Made by a program: the position numbers and the translations under genes | The notes under the pieces: generated by a model | The model's input: the letters and a program-made list of their open reading frames with translations, nothing else | Databases searched by the model: none | Told to the model about the DNA's origin: nothing | Assembly (NCBI GenBank): GCA_051294905.1 | Contig: CM119373.1 | Location: forward strand, 5,582,001 to 5,646,000 | DNA length: 64,000 bases | From: Botryllus schlosseri | Lineage: Eukaryota | Direction of reading: 5' to 3' | In this document: positions 14,589 through 26,781 of the stretch, piece by piece | Layout of the letters: each line of letters starts with the position of its first letter | Position numbering within the stretch: the first letter of the stretch is position 1

Positions 14589-15244
14589 TCAACGACAACG
14601 GTAAATCTCGTGTTCAATGCCATCAACTTTCACAATAGAATTAGAACCTTTGAAAGTCATAATCGAGTCACGGACGCAATGACATACACCAGATGCGAAT
14701 AAACGCTCGATTTCCTTGAGTGATAGCGCTCTATTCCAAACATGAAATCCTTTCATCTCCCCGAAAAAGCCCTGGTAACGTTGTTTGGTATTTGGTGGTC
14801 CCGGATTTGATCCGTTTATTTTCAAATCCTGATCTTGACCGAAAATGAGCACACCACCTCCGTTTATTTGTCCGGATCCCCTCTTCGTATATTGCTGATA
14901 TCCTTTTCGCGTACCATTGACGTAAAACATTGCGGAATGGGAATCCAACACGAGGCAAACATGCGTGGAATACGTGATTACCGGTAAGTCGCTTTTAAAC
15001 GTAGCAGATCCAATTTCGGATTTTACAATCAGACTTGCCGAGTATAGGATGACCATTGCCCCGTTGCAGTCTTTCGAACCTTGGGCGCAGTAACTCATGA
15101 TTGTACCTTTCACGGCGTGCTCATGACCTTGCGATCGAAGCCACATGCATACAGTGAGTGACGTCATGCGTGGTAGAGTGCCACGATATTGAACGTAATC
15201 AATATGATCTTTTTCCGGAAATGTGAATTGAGAGATAAAGCAGC
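14589..15244 (-). CDS. Terminal exon encoding a pentraxin/LamG-like domain (copy A)
   Basis: Acceptor ttcag at 15245-47 (phase 1); TSLTVCMW, THVC, FYVNG, GGVLIFGQDQD, GEMKGFHVWNRALS; open to TGA at 14589. Confidence 0.85.
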
Positions 15245-15579
15245 CTGAAATATCAATGGTACACATTTCTAATACAGGAATACGTGTCCTAGTTTAGCTA
15301 TGAGTGAGGAGGGTGAAGATTTCCCCGTTTCCTACGCAAAACGAAATTATAATGCATATGTAAGCGAAATATGGCAGCTTAGGTAGGCCACCACAGCGAG
15401 AACGGTTGAATATAAGAATGAGAATGTTCGACGATTTAATGTTTGCTGCTTTTCCTCGATTAGACGTGAGCTATAGGTAGTTAAAATGGATATCGGGTGA
15501 GAATGTGTTTTCGATATGCTGCAAAGAATTATAATTTACACAATCCTCCCAGTGCAATTATGGCAATGGCTGGGGAACT

Positions 15580-16810
15580 ACCTGCGTATACCTTATGATC
15601 AAGCACTTCGACCTTCTGGTCCAATACTATTCCTATAGTCACGCTAATGTCGCGCCACTGCTTTGTCGGTGATACCACACCATTTAGGCATGGTGAGGTA
15701 AAGTAATTCGACCATCTGCCCAGCCTCAATTAGTGCAAGGAAAACTCAATTGGTGGTGTGTGCACTATGTCCGGACCATACCCAAAAGGCTTGTCCTGGG
15801 CTCATATCTGGTTGTCAACCTTAGATCCCGGGGATTAGCCCCACAGAGTCATCTTTGTTTATCGCCATATCGCATGAATAGCCATTACATGCAGAACATT
15901 AAGACACGCACATTTCCATTTCATGATAGCAGACTATAATACGTTGATCGTTAAGACGACTGACCCATTACCAGCTGAGTTGAAGAGTTAAACACTGGGG
16001 AGAAAGAACATACAGTAAATGTAGGTATTGGCGATTACCTCGGTGCAAACACGGACTACAGCGTGATCAGATTATGGCAACACCGGGGGTACTTTCCCTC
16101 GACAGCGCATTTGTTCGCTAAAAGGTGAATACTGTGTTTTACCTTTCCCAATAATCATTACCGCTACTGGTAAACGTCATAATTAGCGATATAGCGAATA
16201 GCGAACCGTACCATTCAAATACTCGATCTTGCTCAATCCAATCATACCTAATTTTATATCAATATGCTCTTAGCTTTTGGTTACACACCAACAGTTGGAT
16301 AAAGGCAATAACATACACTACTATGATTTGGTAGTAATCGCACTGTAACCTTTTGGGACTGCTGCCGCGAATGCTATCGACTTTGCTGCTATGGTTTTGG
16401 TTGCTGAAGAGACGAGTGAGCGACCTTCGTTTTCCTTTATGGTAGTTTCAATAGCAATGATATTTTCAGCTTCCCTTTCGAGTGTTCTTTCCAGTGCCTG
16501 CAAACCGGCTGCGTCTGTCCATCATAGAAATTTCGTTGAGATAAAATATGGTAGCCTACAGATTGAGGTGGATAGCGCGCTTCAAATGTGGTGGTCGCCC
16601 GATCAATACTTTACTCTGACCTTATTACAGCACGCACTTAGATTTGCGCTTGTGATTTCATAATATCCTAGCCGCCATCATCGCGCCCAACATACGGCAT
16701 GCAGGACAATAATGTCAACGTCAAATGCCCCATAAGTCACGCAACCAGGAGAAATAATCTTCAACCATTCATGTCGACAAGGCATCATAATGACTCACTT
16801 GAAATATCCT
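15580..16810 (-). pseudogene. Decayed C-type-lectin-like exon relics
   Basis: Fragments ACRMLGAMMA...KVLIG (~16700-16600), EQDRVFEWYG (~16235-16205) and SACNGYSCDMAI...QAFWV (~15895-15775), interrupted by stops and frameshifts. Confidence 0.35.
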
Positions 16811-17024
16811 GTCAAAACAATAGATACGAAGATCGAATTTCGTCATCGCTATAGAGAAACCAAAGCTGAATCAATGCCGGTATGGTAAATTATTTACACT
16901 CTTTCAAGTCAATATGCAATAAATGTATCGTAATAAACTCCATTATCAACTGTTATGATTTGATATTCCCAACTTACTATGGTGATTTCCCTTTTCCAAC
17001 AAGTGGAGGTTGATCGAGCGCGGT
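16350..17024 (-). CDS. Two speculative linker exons (17024-16978, 16497-16350) that could join lectin 2 to pentraxin A in frame
   Basis: tttag|RARSTSTCWKREITI|gtaagt (phase 1-0) and tgcag|ALERTLEREAENIIAIETT...AVPK|gttaca (phase 0-1); the second donor is weak. Confidence 0.3.
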
Positions 17025-17196
17025 CTAAAGAATGTAATTAAAATAATGATTAGATTTTACCGTGGCGACATCAAACAATTAGCTGGGTATCTGTACAAAA
17101 ATCAATTTGCAGACTGACAGCGATCATGGTCGGTAACGTACCGTTAACGTATGAACAAGTCGTAGTGCTTGAGGTTGATCGGTCAGACATTATTAC

Positions 17197-17720
17197 CAGG
17201 GTTGTTATGTCTCGAGTCATGTTTCGACTCGAGTGGCATTTTTTTCGTTGACTCTAATTGACTCCAGCAATTTTCTTAGCGGTAAATTTGAGTAGTGTAT
17301 TTCACTCGACTGTTGCTCAAGTCATTGCATATTGTCCGACCAAGTCATGTATGTGACTGGACAAATTCTAAATGACTTATTCAAGACTCATATAGCAGGA
17401 CCAACAATTGAAAAATAGGCTCAGAAACTGTATTTTATTTGACTGATTATACTTGTTTGGAGTGAGAGAAGTGATAAGATTTTGATACTACCTAAAAGTT
17501 GTACAACAATGAGAAGAGCCAGGCTTGAACTCGCTACAGAAAAGTACACAATGAAACTTGGACTCCAACTCGAATCTTAACACCAAGACGCGGACTCGAC
17601 TCGTTGCTGCCTGACTTGGACTAGGACTTGACTCGGTGCTGAATTGAAAATGACACGACTCGACTCGATTCAAAACTATGACAGTCATATTGACTTGTGA
17701 CTTGGTTAAAATCGTGATTG
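17197..17720. mobile_element. GACTCGAGTC-motif non-autonomous element (fragments also at ~2815, 5267, 6850, 33310, 34040)
   Basis: Starts CAGGGTTGTTATG; arrays of GACTC/GAGTC; collinear with ~36580-37125. Confidence 0.7.
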
Positions 17721-18646
17721 GCACATAATTCGCATCAGCCATCAATTCGCACATAATTCAATTATTGCCGGTAGAGGCAGAGTAAGCAACGAACGTAAAC
17801 GGGTAGGGACGTAAGGTGAACAATGAACATGAATGGCGAAACGACCTGATATCAAAACAACATCAACAATAGTGACGTGACGGTAATCATGGGAATGCGC
17901 GGACATGAACGAATTACATTTCAAGACTGTATCCATCGCGAGACGCGACACTCGTTTCTATATGTCCATCGGCATCGCGGCCTCTCTTTTACATGTTATA
18001 TTGACTCGCATATAGGGAAGGCAATATGAATAAATTCTTTCTGCACTAGCGAAGCTCCCAAGCGACAATCTGGCGTGGCACGTTAACGACACGGCTCTTC
18101 TCATCAAGTGCGATGCCACAAACATGTTTTTACCAAATATGTCTAAGAAACTTAAAATTTACCTCCGTGATGAAGCACGAAACATGCGCACAACACTACC
18201 ACTTTAAAGTCTGTCATTGACCGATTTGAGCTCGCAAGATAACTTCCAACTTAACAATTTAACACATTCTGATAGGATAGAAGCCTGGATGCACCACGAA
18301 TGCTACTACGTAACGTTTATTCCGGAAGAAAGCGATCATTTCCTACGATCTGTCATTGCATACTTAACCGACGATCATATTTACAGAGGTAACCACAGTG
18401 ACCTGGCGCTTGATTTCTAACAGGATGATTTCAATTCTGTAAATAAAATGATTACTTCGACAATGTAGTTGAGTTCGCAGTTTCAAGGTCGACAATCGAG
18501 GCAATAATTGGAACCTTCATTCAATACTTGATGGCTTTATCCATACCATAGTATGAAAAGTTCGTCTATAAGCTCCTCCTCGTCATCCGCTTCGTGTAAG
18601 ATATATTTTTACAAAGCCTAGAATAAGCGTAGGGCATCCTTCAAGT

Positions 18647-19461
18647 CAGTGGTTCCAAACCGGTGTGGCATTCCCCACTGGTGGGGAATTCAATGGTTTC
18701 TGGTGGGAAATAGAGGAATTATTCAAAAATTATATGCAGGATAGTCTATTTATGGAGACACTTGCGCGATTACTGTTACCGGTTAACTGGTCTGGAATGT
18801 ATGTATCGTAAATTATATATTGAAAGTGAGCCTCAGAGAACGCCTAAATGTCCTCCGTTTGGCGAATTTGTCCTCCTGTTCCCTGAAAAGGATTTAAATG
18901 CCACGAAAACTGCGACTCCGACGAGGAGAACATCAGAGTTTCGTAGGAAATCGGGAGCCGGGTCAAAGTGATGATTTTTTTTTTAATCAACACAATACTA
19001 TCGGTCGAAACATTTCCAAAATCACCAGTTTTCTCGGAGCTTTCAGATTGTATATAAAGTCTCCTCTTTTCAGGATTTCAAAATATGGTAATCCTATTTT
19101 AAAGGGTATATAGGAGTGGGTAGTTGTCAGAGGTGGTCCGTAACGAAGTACTTCTACTTTTTGAAGTACTTGAAGTGGATTTTGCCCAGTCGCATTACTT
19201 TTGATGTAGTTATCATTTTAGACTACTTCTACTTCGACTTGACAGTTTTCAGTTTTGTAGGCAAAATAAGCGTAGAATACCTACTTACTTACCTGCTTGT
19301 CATCCACCACTCCTACTTCCGCTTGAGTGGAAATGCCGGCGTTACTTCTAGTTCTACTTGAGTAGCGACGGTGACTACTTTGACCACTTCTGGTAGTGGA
19401 AAATGAAGACTCGGAATAAATCTGAAGTGAGGAATGAAGACAAAATGGTTGGGAGCCACTG
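18647..19461. mobile_element. hAT MITE family B with a nested CAGAGGTGGTC element (19128-19392)
   Basis: TIRs at both ends; nested insert has its own TIRs and (CTACTT)n motifs. Confidence 0.8.
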
Positions 19462-21425
19462 GATGCTTTAAGTCAACAGATTAGGAATCAGAGAATGAAT
19501 ATCGGCCTGGTGTAACATATCATTTATGTCGAATCACCGTGATTAACACCACCACCATCACAAAAAAAACGTTTTTTTTTTTAATTTCTTCCGCGATGTC
19601 TTTCTACCTATCAATAAAAATAGAACTCCGAGGCGATGTTTATTGTAATAGCACAGAGGACGGGCCATTAATATGTTGATACAGGTGTTTTGACAGATAT
19701 ATGCACCTGCTCCCAAAATTAGCCATAAATAACTTCAACATACCTCAGTAACAATCCTACAACAAAAATTTTATGGCTACACTGGATACGTATGTTCCAT
19801 TGCAAACCAAAATAAAAACATGGTTTTTCAAATTTTTCACCGCCGTCATAGACAGGAATCGGCCAATAGAGAGATGCGCCCAAACTAAAATCGTAAAATA
19901 TTTTTATCACCACTGTCATCATTATAGTGGTATTAGGACTTTCCGCGCTTTATTGGCCGGATGACGTTATTATTCTCTCTCGCTGTTTGGTACATGGTTG
20001 AATGAATGTAAAAAGCTCCTAAAACACTAAACCAATCAAACATTTGATGTAAAGCTTAATTGCGTTGAACTCTCATTTCAAAACCAGATTAATAGGTACT
20101 GAATGTTGCATAATACATAATGCCTTTTCGGTTTGTAGATGTACGATTCGTTTTGGTATATTTTATCGCAGTACAGCTCTTTGAAAGATCTGCAAAATAT
20201 ATATTTGAAATAAAAAATAGCATTTTCTGCGATCGCGTTTGGGAACACCTATATGTAAAAGGTGTAAAAACTCCACAACTTCAATAATGAACATCAAACT
20301 AAGGTAATTATTATTGTCCAATTTTATCTATATATGGGGTGACCAACCATTTCAGTCAAATGTCACATGACATCTACGAGCCATTGCGCGGGCAACTTGG
20401 ATGTTGGTGACCTTTTAATTGTCGTCCGACAGGAACGAACCGAATGAATTCGATCAATAAATATTTTGCTTGCATATATTGGGGGTAGCCTCTGTATACC
20501 TTCGGGATCATTTGGCAAGGACAGGATTATTCGGCGTTAAGACAAAGCAATATCGAAGGTTTCGATGAACATGCCTCTATCATCTTGCGCAAATGTTTCA
20601 TCGCCAATGATATCGCTGCGAGCTCACAAGCGAAGTCGCATGTTGGACGACAGGCTATCTCCTAATTACGAATATAGTTAGACTCAATTCTGTAAATTAC
20701 GTGTGTTTACAATATACAGGAGGGGTTCCAATGCTAAATGCAAGAATTCGAGTGACAATAAATCATGCGAAGTGCGGAGAAAAATTTCAAGTCAAATATA
20801 TCTGCTACGAAATATTCTAGTTTAAGGTCATGTAATCAGGGCTGTGGAGACGGAGTCAGAACTTGGATAATGTACGCTTAATGGAGTCGAATTCGGTACG
20901 TTTGAAGACTCGGGAGTCGGAGTCGGTATATTGAGAATGTGTGGAGTAGGAGTCGGAGTTGGAGTCGGTAGTCAAATTTACTGACTCCACAGCCCTGCCT
21001 CTATCACAAATTCTGAAATATGCTAATTACTCCTTTTGTGTGCAGAGATACACTACTTCCTAATCGCTGGATATCATCTATTTCCTAGTCGCTGGATTGA
21101 TCAATTCGCAGATTGACCGTAAATACGTATTTGATCACTGTACTTTTTGACCGTTGCATTCACCTTTCATGGACCCCTTGGATCGTAGTCTGCGGACCTT
21201 CGAACGATTACGGACCCTAATTTAGGAATTCTGCTTTACCCGCTTGTTTTATGGCTTCATACAAACTCCTGTCAATTCTTTGTTACATTTTCCTCAAAAA
21301 GCCGCATAAAAATCTATATTTTCAAAAACCCATATTTTTGGCATTATAGAATTTCTATGTTTGGCAGTTTTGGCATTTGGTACCGGAAATGCCAAAAATA
21401 ACACGGCCTGCTTACGGACGAGAAA
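19418..21425 (+). repeat. Duplicated block, copy 2
   Basis: Direct repeat of 1-1862; a more diverged partial third copy is at ~51490-51770. Confidence 0.9.
20837..20997. mobile_element. (GGAGTC)n MITE; an internally deleted copy sits at the equivalent site 1412-1469
   Basis: TIRs CAGGGCTGTGGAG / CTCCACAGCCCTG. Confidence 0.75.
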
Positions 21426-21429
21426 TCAC

Positions 21430-22350
21430 CAGAGGTGGTCAAAGTAGTCAGGAAAGCTACTCAAGTAGAAGTAGAAGTAGCCCGGAAAAATCTGCTCAAG
21501 AACGAGTAGAATTACTTCTTCTTCCATAAGCAACCTATAATTACTTGAAGTAGAAGTAGAATTGACTGAATTAAAATCTACTCAAACAAGTAAGTAGTTG
21601 TGAAAACGATCGCAATTCATTTGCACGGATTGTCAAAAGTTGCAAATTGAGCTATGCGAAATTGTGCAGAGCCTGATTCATATTGATGCATGCCAGGAGG
21701 TATCCAATTTCCGACAGCATAAGCATTTGTTTGCATCATGTGATGGAAATGATAGTATGGATATGGGAATGCGACACTAATCCTCTGTCTACTCGAACAG
21801 CACGTTTTAGATAATATCATGGTATGGCGCCCTCCCCAATACTATAAGGCCGTAGTTTAGTCGAACACCAATACGGAGAAGTTGTATAGGATACCGTGTA
21901 AACACTTTGCGCGATTAGTAAACGTAGATAAAAAAAGATAGTGGAACGTCATAATGCCACATTGTGCAGCTTTATTTCCGGAAATTCAAGGCATTACCAC
22001 ACTTGCTTTCACACATCAACATGTATGTTATCCAGACAAAATAAATTATACTGATTAGAACTCTAAGTCTGATACTGGGAATTGAAATTGAAAAATAAAT
22101 ACGACTTCTAAAAGCGGAAAATCTATGTCATGTCTTTAGTACAGAAAGTTTCAAAGGTGGTATGCTAAAACAGGTCTAAAACTACAAAAAGTCAGAGTCT
22201 ACTTTCCAGATTAGGAAACGCCATTGCCTGCTAGATTACGATATGATAAGCAAATGCTAGATTGCGAAACATCACTTTCAAACGTTATGATGAACCTTAT
22301 ATACTGTGATGAAATATTTCATATGGGCGACAATGCGGTGTAGAATAAGA
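21430..22350. mobile_element. Truncated copy of the 39917-41194 element
   Basis: Starts CAGAGGTGGTCAAAGTAG; collinear similarity for ~900 bp; right end missing. Confidence 0.75.
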
Positions 22351-23093
22351 CATTACAACGGTGCATTTTTAAGATTTTCCAAATTATGGACAACCCTATT
22401 GTGTATACTCGCAGTGGCTATACTTCGATGTTGTTAGCCACCTCGATTCAAATTTTATTTCTTGGATTCAAACTGCATATTATTCACATCATATGACGGG
22501 ATTTTATTTTTCCATAACACTGTGTCTTTCTACGCACTCTGCACACTGTGCACAGATCCTTGACAGAAAAAGCAGAAAAACTTCAGCTAACAGCAGCTAA
22601 GTGTATTCACCAGTTACTCCTAATTCAGAGACGTCTTTTGACCGGTGCAAGGGCCGGTACCAATTGCAATCTAGCATCGATGTATGGCTGGATCGACGCA
22701 ACTGTGAGGTTACAAATCGTAATATATTTAGTATTATTGTCGTAGCTCAACTAGGAAGTGTCAGCACAAATTAAACTCATTACGAGTTAGGGAAACTTCA
22801 TATCTCTCAGCCGACTTTGCGGTCCCCCATCTGTTTCTCTGACGCCCCCGCACCAAGGGGGCGCCCTCCCTACTTTTAGAACCACTGGTTTTCAAGAATC
22901 CTAATGTTATGTATGCGAATTCAGATCCAACCGTGTTTCGGGAAAACTTGCCGTATTCCAGTCCGATGAGAATCCAGAATCCGAAACATATACATCTCTA
23001 GTTTATACACGAAATTGAATGCTTGAAACATGATAAAAATATATAATTCATTTTCGACTGCCCGTGCCTGTAGATATAGACACTTGAAAGTAC

Positions 23094-23209
23094 CTTTTTC
23101 ACAAACGTATTGCAGATACTTACAATTTTGAACACGCCAGATCGCGCCATGCACCGCTGCAACACACCTTCATGGATGACAACCTGTTGGCTCGCCAGGG
23201 AGCCAATTC
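23094..23209 (-). pseudogene. C-type lectin domain, C-terminal exon (lectin 2), with in-frame TGA
   Basis: NWLPGEPTGCHP*RCVAAVHGAIWRVQNCKYLQYVCEK; TGA at 23170-72; WND replaced by WRV. Confidence 0.75.
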
Positions 23210-23547
23210 CTTAAGTGTAACGACCAATTAGTATTCACACATCAATGTTAACAGAACTTCTGGAGAGGAGCCTTCGATTCTTTATCCTTAACCCTCGCAT
23301 GCCTATTTTTTCAACGTAATACTTCTTATTCCAAACAAAACCAGGGTTGTGGGAATAAAATAGATAGCACATTTGAGTGACACGTTGAAAGTATGACTGC
23401 GCTACAGATCGCTTAGGTAATACAATCATCGAAAATATCCCCTAACGCGAAGAAGATCTTGAAAGTTTGAAATCTTGTCAAGTTGAGACTTGTGAAATCG
23501 CGTGTGGTTTTTTCTAAAATGCTGATGTTACCGTAGTGCATGCACAT

Positions 23548-24035
23548 TAGGGCTGTTCAAAAATAACTTTTTTTTTTCGGATTCCAGCCATTCACTTCTT
23601 AAATTGTGAGGTTACCCTAAAAAACGCTGCACACCAAATTTGGTTCAATTCTAACAAGTATATGACCCCGCAGAGAAGAAGCGGAGTTATGCGAGTTTTT
23701 CGATGATAATCCTCGGATTATGCTCGATTGGTGGATAATCCACTATTTATCAACGAAAAACTCACATAACTCCGCTTTTACTGGTCGGAATTGACTCAAA
23801 TTTGTTTTGCAACATCTTTGAAGACAGCTCAACAATTTAATGGGGTTGGCAGAAAAATTTTGATTTTTTTTTTTTAATTTTCCATTATAAATTAAAAAAT
23901 TTAATTGGATCTGCGGAGTTCTATACTTGTTAGAATTGAACCAAATTTGGTGTGCAGCGTTTTTCGGGGTAACCTGACAATTTAATCAGTGAATGGCTGG
24001 AATCCGGAGAAAAAAGTTATTTTTGAACAGCCCTA
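23548..24035. mobile_element. Fold-back MITE with ~120-bp TIRs inside the lectin 2 intron
   Basis: TAGGGCTGTTCAAAAATAAC termini; perfect TSD ATGCACAT. Confidence 0.88.
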
Positions 24036-24068
24036 ATGCACATGTATTGATGTGAAGTTTCCACTAAC

Positions 24069-24178
24069 GTGTATGAGTTGGTTGTTCCATCAACCCATTC
24101 AAACACCCTGTCGGCGTCGCGATCATTCAACCCAATCCATAGTTCATTGGCAAGCCTTGTGATTCTCCATAAGAACGC
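24069..24178 (-). CDS. C-type lectin domain, middle exon (lectin 2)
   Basis: ttacag|AFLWRITRLANELWIGLNDRDADRVFEWVDGTTNSY|gttagt; phase 0-2. Confidence 0.8.
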
Positions 24179-24908
24179 CTGTAAAGAAGATATAGAGATA
24201 TGCAGGATCAGTATTTTGGATTCTCACAGGACAGGAATCCAGCAAGTTTATTCGAAACAGGATTGCACCGGATCAAGAGAAGATTTTGAAGTTCTAGGGC
24301 AGGGGAGGGGGAACGTTTTAGCTTGTGGACCACATTCAACATCCGATTCCCATCGCTGGCCGTACTATATTGAGATTGTTAGCGAAAACGCAATATCTAT
24401 ATTTAATTATCATATATTGGTTTAGGAAACATAAAAATATTATATTTAAAACACAACAGACATTAATTTAATGATAACGTACATTAAGGCAGGTCATTCT
24501 AAATAACCAATTCGACAAAATTAGGGACGAAAGTCGGTTGTGCCTAAGGTTGCATTTCAAACAAAAAACAATATAAAAACAAACGTGTTTAAAACATGGC
24601 CCTTGTTTCAAACATGTTTTTTATTGTTTTGTTTTTCTGACATGACGTCATGAATCATGATTGCGACAGTGGATTGCTATTGACAATTGAAAATATTGGT
24701 AAATACGGTTCCTTAGACAAGAATTGCTTCCGACCACTGTCATAAAATTAACAAAAAAATCTATTTAACCAGGACTACATCGTTATGCATAATTTTTACG
24801 GTCGGCTGTCATCATGATCAGGGCACCCATTCCGTACCAAAATCGATATCTACTTGCTATAACTGTCCAACCAGTGACGATTTCGAGGATGCCAGCCACT
24901 CTATATCG

Positions 24909-25640
24909 CAGGGGTCGGGAACCTTTTTTGTCCGAAGAGCCATATTTGCCCAATTTTTTTTAAATTTTAATTCCCCAAAGAGTCATACATGCCAATCAAC
25001 TGTTACGTCACAATTAAGAATTCGTGACGTCATGGTAGCACTAATTCAAACTCACTACATGGTATTCGACGTGTGCGCCACATCATCTCTGTAAAAACTG
25101 GTATTTGTTGTTCGAAAAGAATGCTCGAAACCAGAGGTACGGCACAGACGGAGCCAAGCCTCATCATTGATAACGCAATTCATCCTAAATAGCATATAAA
25201 TTAGTATATCTGATATTCATCGAATGTAACTGTCACACTGATTCCGAAAATCTAAATACTGAGCAACTTCTCAATTCTCAAAGTATTCGGCGGTAACATA
25301 ACGTTGCGCCACCACACGCATACATTGATCGCCGGTAATACAGAGCTACTTACCAATCAAGAACGTGGATATAGCTATGGCTTTGATTGTAATTCGAGTG
25401 TGCAGTTGTGAATGGGTGGCGAGATGGCGTAGTGGTGTAATCCAGCCATAATCCAGTCCTTACCTCCCAAATTAGTGTTTTACTTCCACGACAATAATTA
25501 TTCTGGCCGTGATGAAAATTTACTAACAGGTCGCTGCAATATTGCTCAATTCAGTACAAAAATAAATATTTGGCAAAGAGCCATATCTTATACCCAAAAG
25601 AGCCATATATGGCTCGCGAGCCATAGGTTCCCGATCACTG
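24909..25640. mobile_element. hAT MITE
   Basis: TIRs CAGGGGTCGGGAACC / GGTTCCCGATCACTG; perfect TSD CTATATCG; GAGCCATA subterminal motifs. Confidence 0.88.
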
Positions 25641-26781
25641 CTATATCGTATAAGTTAACTATGGTGGGTGCAAATCGTAAGTAGGCTCTTACTACATTGT
25701 TTCGAAAGTATTTAAAAATTACAGCATAATTATTCAATGTCTAAAAATATTGGTTACCAACGTGGAGGAGATTGCCCCCGATTGGCGATTCTGAGATACA
25801 AAGGGTCGAAAACACCGCAGGGGCGACTGGGGGCGATAAGGGGCGAAAATGTAAAAAAAGTCCTGTGATATATATTTAATTAAAACGGTCAAAAAATACA
25901 CGTGAAGACGGTATATTCTGCAGATGACGCGAAGAAAAAGGTCAGTTAAACATAGAGTAAACGCTTAAACCGGTTTCCCAAGCACCTACCACCGTGAAAT
26001 GGCATTTTTTTTACTAAATTCACCAGCGATCAGAGTTAGGTGACTAAATTTCCCGATTATATGTCCTCTTTGTCGGATCAGTAAATACGGGGATCGAAAA
26101 TATGTGTCGAGATTGATACGGGAACGCTGAGTCGATAAAGGTTGGGAACCACTGAACTAGATTTTAACATTACAGTTGAAAACAGGATCCGGCTTCCGTT
26201 CTATCAAAGCGTATCTGATCCAGGTACATCTCTAAAAGACGGCCAGGATTTACCCTGCAAGAAATAGCCAGACACCATGGATGACGTTGCCTAATATACT
26301 TTAGAGTTTCTAATACTGGGGTCTTTGCACCAATTTCCCGACACGCTGATAACAATTCTACACTTAACATTGCAGTGATGGCACATTATATTGGAACTAT
26401 TGAATTTTTCATCGCGCTGATCGGTGGTATTAATATGCAATGCCATTGCGTGTTCAAATTGAATATGACCGTTTAAATATATGCAAATATTGACAAGTCG
26501 TAATGAGTATACTGTATTCTTTCATTAGTGCAGTGTTACTATTGAAGGAAATTGGTAAGCTTTTGATCACTTTGTAGAACTAGTTCACCGTAGTATACTT
26601 CCGTACTCGCAAGTAGGCCAATACTGTATCAAGTATCAAGTTTCCCGATTAATTGGTCAGGGAATACATTCAAGGATATGGAAAGTGCGCTTGTGGTTTG
26701 CATTGACGACCGGAAAACCTTGCTTCGTGCTTCAAGTTTCTTATTAGAACAGCCGTAAGAATGTGCAGTGACGATATAGCA

